In this document: piece by piece, positions 22,937-32,483 of the stretch | Numbering within the stretch: the stretch's first letter is position 1 | Layout of the letters: each line of letters opens with the position of its first letter | Origin: Octopus bimaculoides | Lineage: Eukaryota | Length of the DNA: 32,483 nt | Direction: 5' to 3' | Assembly (NCBI RefSeq): GCF_001194135.2 | Contig: NC_068982.1 | Span: forward strand, 120,897,676-120,930,158 | Made by a program: the position numbers and the translations under genes | Notes under the pieces: generated by a model | What the model was told of the DNA's origin: nothing | The model's input: the letters and a program-made list of their open reading frames with translations, nothing else | The model's database searches: none

Positions 22937-23215
22937 AGCACATATATATACATTTACATATACATGTATATAAATATATATTTATATACATATATATATA
23001 CACACACACATATTGTCACACACTCATTCGTACATGCATACATACATACATACATACATACATACATACATACATACATACATACATACATGCATACATA
23101 CATACATATATACAAAGGACCATGCAAACACTCATTCGCTTGCATGTACACTCGTGTAAATATATTCCAATACAAACACTTTCATATACATACATACACA
23201 CACTCACGAATACAT
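22160..23215. repeat. Long degenerate (CA)n/(TACA)n low-complexity region
   Basis: Directly visible; source of HT/CV/YI repeat ORFs. Confidence 0.93.
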
Positions 23216-23800
23216 ATAACCTTATTTTAGGCCCTCTGTTCATGATAAGGGCGTAGTGAGTATGCGGTGTATCTTGGGCATTTAAAAATTTAGCCGAGCC
23301 CTCCCTCTACAGGCCTGGCGAAAGGTGACTTTATTCGAGAGAAAGATACTTCGTAGGTACTTTATTTTTCGACCCAAAAGAATAAAGGGTAAAGTTCTCC
23401 CCGTCAAATTCGAACTCACGGCGCGTTAGTCGATGCTCCAATTACTCTGCCAATTCATGCACAGTCACATATACACCCCCAAGCTCGCAATCCATATGTA
23501 TGCGTGTGTGCATATGTGTGTGTGTGTGTGTGTGTGTGTGCGGTAACTAGGCTTATAAGCCTATATTTCTTACTTACCAAGTGAAAACTAATTCATAGTT
23601 ACTAATATACATACATGTGTGTGTGAGTGTATGTATGGATGTTTTTATGTATGTATATATACACACATCAAGAAAATGGCTAAGAAGCACTCACGCACAC
23701 GCACATACACACACGCACATACACATGCACACACACAAATATGACCAACAGACTTATTCCGCAAGTGAGCTGGCCTGCCCATGCGCGCAAGTGGTGCATG

Positions 23801-23810
23801 GTGACGTCAC
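23801..23810. promoter_or_regulatory. Perfect palindromic CRE-like site GTGACGTCAC
   Basis: Exact TGACGTCA core at 23802-23809 in a non-repeat GC-richer island; function unproven. Confidence 0.3.
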
Positions 23811-24288
23811 TTAATCTATAAGATGAGCTGCGATGACAGTAACGACGGAAAGAACCATTTGCCATTCAACGGAGCAGTACTGTTGCTGTAATCACATCTT
23901 AACTAAATATCAAGCTTGCTGCTTGCTTTTTCACATTGTGCCGATCCACAGAACATATCATCAAAAGCTAACATCTGTTCATGTATAGTGTTCCTTCCAA
24001 AGGACAATCAGAACCTATATATTTACTCATATATACATATATATATATATATATATATTGATAAATTCATTGATAGACGCACACAATTATATACACATAT
24101 ATATATGTATATTCCGATACAAATGTGACTGTTCTTTATAACAACAGAAACATCAAATTTTCCTTTTTTAAATCAATACTAATTTATAACAGAGAACTAA
24201 GAGAAAAGAAGATAAAGAAATGGGGAAAATACAAAAACCACAAATCGTAAGTATTATAACAAACTTCATTCAATATTTGTTTATGTGT

Positions 24289-24514
24289 CTGCAGTGAGCT
24301 GGCAGAATCGTTAGCACGCCGGAAAAAAAAAATGTATACTCAGCGGCATTTCTGACGACTTCACATTCTGAGTTCAAATCCCGCTAGAGTCGGTATTTTT
24401 CCTTTTATCTTTTCGGAGTCGATAAATTTAGTACCAGTTGAGTCCTGGGGTCGATGTAATCGACTTATCCCCGCCTCTGAAATTGCTGGGCTTGTGCTAA
24501 AATTTAAAACCGAC
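24289..24514 (+). mobile_element. Family A3 SINE
   Basis: gtgagctggcagaatcgttagcacgcc head, gagttcaaatccc B-box; flanking atttgtttat duplication (24275-24284, 24515-24524). Confidence 0.9.
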
Positions 24515-24831
24515 ATTTGTTTATATGTGTATCACTGCTTAACCTCATTTTCACTTATGTTTATCGTTGTATTTCATGCTGTTCATTTCCAAACATCTTC
24601 AGATGTGACATTTTAAACACACAGTTTCAGTCGATGCATACTTCCCTATAGGGTTCTCATTCACGTAACGTTTACAGTTCTAGAGAACTGGATGATTGTT
24701 ACAACGTCTTGTTGCTTTTTTTTTTTTTTTTTGCAGCATTTCGACCATTTCTCCCAAACGCTGCCAGGTCGTGAGATTCGAAATTTACGCGGAAGACACC
24801 GCATCTTTTCCTTGGCCCTTAACACCCTTTT

Positions 24832-24870
<39 letters not shown>

Positions 24871-25349
24871 TTGAGAGACAAAATGGTTAGAGTATTATCT
24901 TGCAACATTGTAACTCCGTATGCCGCTGTTTCTGTGACCCACACTCAAACTGTGACATCGAAGTAACCCTCTACAAGATTACTCTACCTTTTAGATCTAA
25001 CAGACAAAATTCTCTATATCCCTTTTTTATAAACATGTATCCCTTTTGTTCATAGGAGACATTAAATAATGTAGTTTTCGTTACCGTATGCTTTAAAATA
25101 AAATGGAGAGTCACGACAAGCAATACCCTAACCTTGTTTGCTTCATCAGTGCTGACCTGGGGCTAGTCAAAAACATCTGTAACATCTAAATTCATAGAAG
25201 TCGTTCACAACTCTTTTAGGGGTAGATTTAATTCCGCCAATATTTTGAGATCGACTCCAGAATTATGAAGATCGATCTCGGCATTAATCGAGATCAAACT
25301 AGGAAAATATATAACTAAATGTGCAAATCATATCCTACACTATTGTTTC

Positions 25350-25825
25350 TTAAGGTACTGGATAAAATGTTATGCGGCATTTGTTCCAGCTCTTTACGTT
25401 CTTAGTTCGAATCCCACCAAGGTTGACTTTGTTTTGTATCCCTCGTGGGGGAATATAATAAGTACCGGTCGAGTGTTGAAGCTTTGTCAGGCCTCCCATA
25501 AAATTTCTATCCTTGTACTTTTATCAGAAACGATTTATAGGAGTGTTGGGTTGGCAGAAATGCCTAGCAGTATTTCTTCCGGCACATTACATTCTTAGTT
25601 CAAATTTTTCCGGGGTCAATAAAATAAAGTACCAATCGAGTACTGGGGCCGGTGCTATTGACTAACACCAAACATTTCTGGCCTAGCGCCCAAAATTTGG
25701 AACCAAATTTACTTTTCATTTTTCGGAATCGATAAAATAAAAACCATTTGTGCACTGAGGTGGATGTACACGACTGATGCCTCCCCTAAAATTTTTACTC
25801 TTATACTAAAATTCAAAAGAAATAT
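25350..25825 (+). mobile_element. Cluster of about three degenerate family A SINE fragments
   Basis: Recurring agttcgaatccc / agttcaaat, gataaaataa(a)gtacc, ggggtcaat and ttcggaatcgataaaa motifs. Confidence 0.65.
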
Positions 25826-26945
25826 TATTTTTATTCCGTAGTTTTGTTTTTATTGTGAGCTTTCATTGCACAACCTAGAACAGTTGAATTGGCCTTGGGT
25901 ATGTGCAGTGGTTTAACATTAGTTTTGCATTTCCTGGTGTACAGACATTTCTATACATCATATATATGTGTTTGTTCTCTATGTTGTTCACATTTTTAAG
26001 AGCAAGGATTTTGATCATGTATTTATCTGCATGCTTTTTAATCATACTCAAGCAACTAGATTATTGCGGTGCCACTCTCACACAAGTTTAGGCCTAGTGC
26101 CTTAAATAAGGAACAAAATTATAGTTATTATCATCAGCAGCAACATTATCATCATCATCCATACCTCCGAGATCTATACTACGAATACCAATAAAGTATT
26201 TGGGTCAGTAAGATCGGCTACATTCTTCTCTTGCAACTGTATGACACTATGTGACCCTGAATGACCCTCACAGTGTCAACAATCTATATTTACAGTAAAG
26301 GAACCGCTCGGAATTTTATGCCTGCCAAGAGTGAATAAATAATATCAGATGATTCAATCGATTGAAACCTTCTCCCCACAAAAGTACAAACGTGGATATG
26401 TGTGTTTCGTTTATTTATATATGCATTATATATATATATGTATATATATACACCTCACAGACACAAATGTGTGTGTGTGTGTCAATAGACTGGTGGGTGT
26501 TTTGACAGTCTGGATAAACCAAGATCCGACGAAATATCACATTGTTAATTAAATTACGCATAAATAAGGAGATAAATAGATTATATTATATTATATTATA
26601 TTCAAACGCATATAAAACTTTCCATTGTCAACATTTGGTAATTGTGCTCATTGATTCATGAGAGCAAAACAGATTAGGGCTGGTATCAGACGTGTATAAA
26701 TTGGCACTGTATATGTCTTTATCTCAATTCATTTTACATAGGGTATATATACCCAGCTATAGCAAAGAAAGTGTTTATACACTTTAGTGTATATAGATGT
26801 CACTTACTATGATATCAAGCTCTGACTGAACCTAACATGTGACTCGATTCAAATTTTCTCTTCCATACATTTCGTTTCATGTAGTTTAATGCCCTTTGGA
26901 AATTCATGAATGTCAGCACTTCACCTTTCTTTTTCTCATTCTCCA

Positions 26946-26952
26946 ACACACA

Positions 26953-27017
<65 letters not shown>
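26946..27017. repeat. (CA)n microsatellite
   Basis: Directly visible. Confidence 0.97.
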
Positions 27018-27018
<1 letters not shown>

Positions 27019-27524
27019 GCAAGATGTATGTCTTTAGATTACGGCCTCGGGCAGTAGCTTGGGAAAATGTAATTTCCGTCAGGTTAACAGGTTTCTCAAC
27101 AAATAACAGAAATACTTGTGTAATTGACCTATTAACATTGGGGTGTTGTTGTTAGTGGTGGTGTTGGTGGTTGTGGTGGTTGTATAGTCTTCTACACATC
27201 CTTCAAGTATTGATTCCACTATTGCTAACTTGCAACTCATACCCGGCTCTTAGATTACGTTGCCCTCTTCATTTGCACACCCGACACACAGTCACTTTCC
27301 ACTACCACTTCTTTGCAAAGCCTCTATTGCAACTTATAACTGCAACAATTGGATGAAATAGCAACTGCAGAACTGTAAACAAAACACAAGTGTCAGTACG
27401 TGTTTTGCTTGAGAGCGATTGGGACCATTGTGCCAACCGACGGCCTGAGGTAGAAAGCTGACCTTCACTTTCTTAACATCATTTCCACTTCCAAATTTTT
27501 GCCTTCTTTTCACCGTCCTACATT

Positions 27525-27765
27525 ATATGACCTTTAAATGTTGATAGTAGCAGTGGTAGTATTGGTGGTGAGTGTGGTTGTGATAGTACAGTGGGGGTGA
27601 TAGTTGTTCTAATGGTAGCTGTTGTAGTGATAGTAGAGATGTTAATTGTAAATGTGGTGGTGGTGGTGGTGGTAATGTTTGAAGTAGTAACGAAAGTATT
27701 AATGATAGTGTTTGTTGCGGTTGTATTAGCAGTGATGGTTGTGAAGGCAGTTGTGGTTGTGGTGA
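27525..27765. repeat. Degenerate (GTG/GTA/GTT)n trinucleotide tract
   Basis: Directly visible; source of poly-V/T ORFs. Confidence 0.9.
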
Positions 27766-27989
27766 GAGATGGAAAAAAAACTTTCAAACAAAGAAGAAGT
27801 TTTCTTTTTCTCTCAAACAAAATGACTCGACGATGATGTCGTTCTACGTGAACCTGTGGTTAGTTTTAACACGTGGTACCACACAAACCAAAGCCGTCAC
27901 CCAGAATCGAAGATTATTTATAAACATATAGGGTGTCTTCACTTAGGTATCTATGTAATCGCGGCCAGCAGACATAAACACCTTCTCGG

Positions 27990-28205
27990 TCCTCCCATTT
28001 TTCACACAGCGGAATATCCAGGATGTAACAGCTGGAGGGATAAAAAGGCTGCATTATCACTCAGCTGATATTCATTTTTAGTTGAGTTGACTGGAACAAC
28101 ATGAAATGAAGCATCTCGTTCAAGGATACAAAGTACTGCTCAATTAGGAATCGAACCTACAACATTATAATCGTAAGCCCAACAGCCTAACCCATTGGCT
28201 ACGCT
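27990..28205 (-). mobile_element. tRNA-derived SINE
   Basis: Minus gcgtagccaatgggttagg (A-box) ... ggttcgattcc (B-box) ... tgtatccttgaacgagatgcttcatttcatgttgttccagtcaactcaac core. Confidence 0.75.
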
Positions 28206-28518
28206 TTTTCAGATTATATCACATAATGGTAATATATATNNNNNNNNNNNNNNNNNNNNNNNNNNNNNNNNNNNNNNNNNNNNNNNNNNNNNNNNNNNNN
28301 NNNNNNNNNNNNNNNNNNNNNNNNNNNNNNNNNNNNNNNTATATATATATATATATTACATATGATAGCACACAGGGGATAATTTGTCATTATAGTGATA
28401 ATAATCTACATAGCATATCACTCTTGTGTTATACCTACGTATAATATCATATAGGTGACATATCTATATGCTATATCATAGAAGTTAGATTATCTATGCA
28501 CACACACACATACACACG

Positions 28519-28555
<37 letters not shown>

Positions 28556-29501
28556 TACACTACTGATATAGCTACATTTATGCCAGTGTTAATATATCTG
28601 CATTGCATGTCAAAATGGTGATACATCAACATTTCAATACTGGTTTGTGAAGGTTTGAAAGAAAGTTTATCCAATGGTTTAACTAACTGATGATAGTTAC
28701 TAAATGTTGCCTCATTTTTGCAAAGAAATGAATATGATATGGCGGTACATCATTCAGAAATCATTTATATCATTTACATCGTATTTATATTATATTCTAC
28801 ATTTTATATCAAGTGATATCTAATGTCTGTTACTCTATGCGAATAGAAATGATTTGTGAAGGTTTATAAATGGTAAAGAGTGAAGGAAGCATTACAGAGA
28901 TATTAAAGATTTATGATAGCAAATCATATATTGCGATATAGTGAATATGCTGTAGACGAGGTAATTCCGGCTACTATAGTATCTATAACGATAATGATAG
29001 CGGAAACCCTGAAATGAACAGTTGTTCACTATTTGATTTGGAGAAACAGCGGAAACTATAATAGCGTTTACGGTAATGATATGCAATTCTTGTGAAGCTA
29101 TACACAGCATCAAAACCCACATATAGACATACATACATGCATAAAAGTGCATTGATTTTTACTTATGCATATATGAGTTCATATTCTATGCGCATATATA
29201 CATATGGCTGGTATATCTCGCAAGGTGAGTAGAGACAGTGCTGATTATTGCTGGAGATGCTATGAAGCCATTCTTCTATAGCATACCCAGGAGATGGGGG
29301 AATGCGGCAGGTGGAATGGAGTTTTCAAATAGAGTAATAAACAAGTCAAGGGGTTAATGAATTATTTGCAAAATTTAATTACTTTTCACATTCTAATCAT
29401 GTGCATTATATTTCGATATTTATTGAGATTGCCACAGCAGTGTATCTTTGTGTGTGCGTATAATGATATATATATATATCTTTATAGCTATATAAATACG
29501 C

Positions 29502-29564
<63 letters not shown>

Positions 29565-30015
29565 GATATAAAAAATAAAGTGAAGCAACTGACTAATATA
29601 TAGGAGCTCAACTTATTACATTGAGAACTTTTTCTTTCGTTTATACATAGAAACGTAGACGTACATACACGCTTGCATACACACATGCATACAGGTACAC
29701 ATACATATATATATGTACGAATGATATATATGGAAAGGAGTGAGGGAGGTAGGGAGAGGGGAAGGGAGAAAAGGATGGAGGCAGGGTGAGATAGATATTG
29801 TGTATGTGTATCTGAGTGTCCTAACAAGAGGAAAAGAGTACGCAATACGGAAATAGAGCAGTTTTTATTGCAGTGATAAGATTACTCTGAGTATAAACAG
29901 AGAATAATCTCAGCACTGCGACATGTGTGTATGTAAAGATTGTTGTGAAATAACGAACCATCCTGGTTGTGTTTTTTCCGACCCAATCGCAAGATAAAGC
30001 TTTCCAGTTGCATAA

Positions 30016-30078
<63 letters not shown>

Positions 30079-30166
30079 CACATAAAGTCAAAACAGGGTA
30101 GAGGAAATAGTACTCGAAGACCAAAAGTAAAATGGAACTTTATTGAAACTGAAAAGACATCACAAG

Positions 30167-30203
30167 CTGTTACTTAGTTTCACGTTAAACGATCATCAGA
30201 CAG
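30167..30203 (-). ncRNA. Minimal type-I hammerhead ribozyme, intact core
   Basis: Minus: ctgt-CTGATGA-tcgtttaacgt-GAAAC-taa-GTA-acag; stem I 4 bp, short stem II (cgt/acg), quasi-palindromic ACTAAGT stem III. Confidence 0.7.
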
Positions 30204-30248
30204 TTTTATTCACGACTGTCTGATGATCGGTTACATTCGTGAATAAAA

Positions 30249-30287
30249 CTGTCTGACGATCGGTTAACGTAAAACTCTAAGTAACAG
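30249..30287 (+). ncRNA. Degenerate hammerhead copy (G12 to A)
   Basis: ctgt-CTGACGA-tcggttaacgt-AAAAC-tctaa-GTA-acag. Confidence 0.5.
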
Positions 30288-30455
30288 CTTGTGTTGTCGT
30301 TTCAGCTTCAATAAAATGTATGTGTGATGTTCATATATATATACTCATTGGCGTACAAATCTACACAGACACACAAATACACGCGTGCACACACACACAC
30401 ATTGGCATTCTCTCAAAGATAGGCTAAATGACATTGTCTGAGAATGTCCTATCTA

Positions 30456-30582
30456 CACGTGACAAGTCTGCGTCTTTTATCATTGCAAATGCATAACTGC
30501 ATCCATTGGGGAAGCGGTTCTTCACGTGTTCAGCACTGATGTGTGGGCGCCGCCGTATTGGTCTAACATAATTCTATAAATA
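30456..30582 (+). promoter_or_regulatory. Promoter-like motif cluster: CACGTG (30456, 30523), ATTGG (30505, 30557), TATAAATA (30575-30582)
   Basis: Motifs read directly in a non-repeat, CpG-richer segment; no transcript evidence. Confidence 0.3.
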
Positions 30583-30978
30583 GCGTGGGCAGGATAGTTG
30601 CAATATGTTTGACTTTGCGGTTACTGCTGCTGCAACCGCAAAGTTCGACTTTTGTTATTTTGTTGCAGGTCACACTTGATTAACAGACCTATGGGCAAAA
30701 GCGCTTCTGTCTTGTGCATCAGGAATTGTGTTTAATGAGACTGCGTGGTATGGTTTTGACTGTTATTTCTAACAAATCAAGTGACCACGTACAGGCTACC
30801 CCCGTTGGGTCGCAGCTCTATAGTCATTGCTGCTTTAGTCGTTGCTATTGTAATCGTGATGATGGCTCGGCCCTTCTAACTGTAAGCAGGTATTACTCCG
30901 TGGTTTAGTTCACTGTACTGTGTTCACGGCTAAGACACCTAGCCCTCAACTGCCCAGTAGGCACCCGTAGGTACTTAC

Positions 30979-31056
30979 CTGTAGGCAGGTACCACGGTTT
31001 GGTGTATTCCAGAATACGAGTTTTTGCACAAAGAGGGATATGATAAGCAACTGCAT
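30979..31056 (-). CDS. Candidate first coding exon with signal-peptide-like N-terminus (MQLLIISLFVQKLVFWNTPNRGTCLQ)
   Basis: ATG 31056-31054, 26 codons, ends at consensus donor CAG|GTAAGT (30979/30978, phase 0); upstream acceptor tctgattttacacag| at 31176/31175; in-frame stop upstream. Confidence 0.4.
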
Positions 31057-31467
31057 TATGGCAATTATGACAAATTGGCTTGATTTGTTGAGATTCTTCT
31101 CATAAGAAAACTACACATGATACACTAGTGTATCTAGATATATAGAGACAGATACAGTCTCTCTTATTCCCTTAACTGTGTAAAATCAGATGTGCGTGCG
31201 TGTGTGCGCGCGCATTACTATATGCCTCACATATTTGCTGCCGCCCTCAATCTCTCTCTCTCTCTCTAATTATAATCTCACATTACTTCTCTATCGCACT
31301 TCTGTTTGTCTTCATCTTTGCATCGTTATTCCCTCTATTACACACTCTACCACCTGATTTCCTTCACAACAACGCTTTATCTATACGGGTAAACCTAACA
31401 CGAAATATTGATTTTTTTGTTTTTTGTTTTTTGTTTTCCCCCTGTGAACACTTAAACAGTTAGGAAA

Positions 31468-31673
31468 TCAGTTATATACAGTACTTTTATCTCGCGTGTG
31501 TTTTTAAAACAATTCTCGCCAACAAACAGCTTCGTTACTGTCAGATAATGCAGCAAATACGCAGTATAAGTCAGTTTTACACAATACTTTCATCTTGTAT
31601 GTATTTTTAAGATGATTCTCGCCTGCAAACGTCATCAGCACTGTCAGACAATACAGTATGTATGCAGAAGAAA
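31468..31673 (+). repeat. Diverged ~103-bp tandem duplication
   Basis: Units start tcagtt at 31468 and 31571 and share colinear tactttYatct, tttttaa, attctcgcc, caaac and actgtcaga blocks. Confidence 0.75.
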
Positions 31674-32079
31674 ATTCGTTGTTTATAATTACAAAAGATA
31701 TTATGTGATGGATTAATTTTATACATTCATATATTCATCTTTTTATTAAGTTAGTTAAAGAGCGAAAAGATAACGTCCATCAACTTTTGGAGCCCTGGTA
31801 AAATTGAGAAGGACTTCATTCTTAAAAAACTGAATCTCAGTGCCTGCAGAGAAAAAACAGTTATCTGCTGGGAAGAAAGCAGGGTTCTGGCCCGATTCTT
31901 TTCAGCCAATGAACTCTATTATTGTACTGTGGCCGTTCGATCTTTCATTAGCGTTTACTAGCACCACCAATATCTATTGTGTCCTTCTGTTTTCAAGACG
32001 GAAGAGTGTTATTTTAGGGACACTTAGTTGTTATTTCTACTATATTTACCCGACGCCCTGATACGCCAAGATGTGTATC

Positions 32080-32129
<50 letters not shown>

Positions 32130-32270
32130 ATAGTAGTCCAGTTTCCGGTAGCCATCTTGGACATCCTGCATCTCTTCATTCGGTTAACTGAGCCCGTTGA
32201 GCTGGGCTTCTGTAAGGATTCTACGAAACTTGCATAGCTCCGAATCACTGTTTTAAATTATATATATATA

Positions 32271-32317
32271 GTTTCGGATGTCGGCGCGGAAATCTGCACC
32301 GGCATCTCGTCAGTTAT
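32271..32317 (-). ncRNA. Truncated hammerhead-like motif ending in (TA)n
   Basis: Minus: ataa-CTGACGA-gatgccggtgc(agatttcc)gcgccgacatc-c-GAAAC then (TA)n; ~11-bp stem II with one mismatch; GUH and stem I 3' strand absent. Confidence 0.5.
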
Positions 32318-32483
32318 TAAGACAAAAAAAAAACAAAACATGTTGTCACATATTATATTACAGATAAATATGTATATTAAAAATATTGCCTTTTACTTGT
32401 TTCAGTCACTGAACAAATCGACCCCAGTTCTTATATATTTAAGGCCTTTATATCTTTAAGTTCTTATATCTTTATATATATAT

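Larger units (their letters stand above)
30077..30315. mobile_element. Small fold-back element with hammerhead motifs in both arms; PLE-derived
   Basis: 30139-30215 is the imperfect reverse complement of 30237-30315; spacer 30216-30236 is a third partial copy; left end abuts (TG)n at ~30018-30076. Confidence 0.8.

Noticed and set aside
30541-30561. ERSE-like CCAAT-N-CCAC motif
   Set aside because: Spacing is N10 and the half-site is CCACA, not CCAAT-N9-CCACG
32141-32185. Minus-strand ATGAAGA...GAAAC string
   Set aside because: C3 missing, no closing stem II, no GUH/stem I
1-32483. CRISPR arrays, rRNA, operons or other prokaryotic systems
   Set aside because: No repeat-spacer periodicity or gene-dense structure; the sequence is metazoan repeat-rich non-coding DNA

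Overview
AT-rich eukaryotic (metazoan) genomic DNA from a gapped short-read scaffold. It is almost entirely intronic/intergenic, microsatellite-dense and packed with tRNA-derived SINEs whose sequences I recognise as Octopus/coleoid-type (inference, not a database result). Nearly all ORFs in the supplied track are artefacts of simple repeats, SINEs or N-runs. Recognisable decayed elements: an L1/Tx1-type LINE ORF2 (3.15-4.46 kb), an internally deleted Tc1/mariner with both TIRs (8.50-9.37 kb), a hAT/Charlie-type MITE, a fold-back MITE and a possible piggyBac C-terminal remnant. Only two short candidate host exons were found: a signal-peptide-like exon at 30979-31056 (-) and a strand-ambiguous exon near 640-802. 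The most notable signal is four sequence-unrelated mini-elements carrying minimal type-I hammerhead ribozyme motifs (CUGANGA...GAAAC-GUH) of the kind known from Penelope-like elements. Two of them are fold-back palindromes with an outward-facing ribozyme in each arm (11.53-12.39 kb and 30.08-30.32 kb), and in both the minus-strand copy is the better preserved. Also notable: fixed-order SINE dimers bounded by a single TSD, and a TATA-hairpin-TTTT cassette at 30.6 kb.
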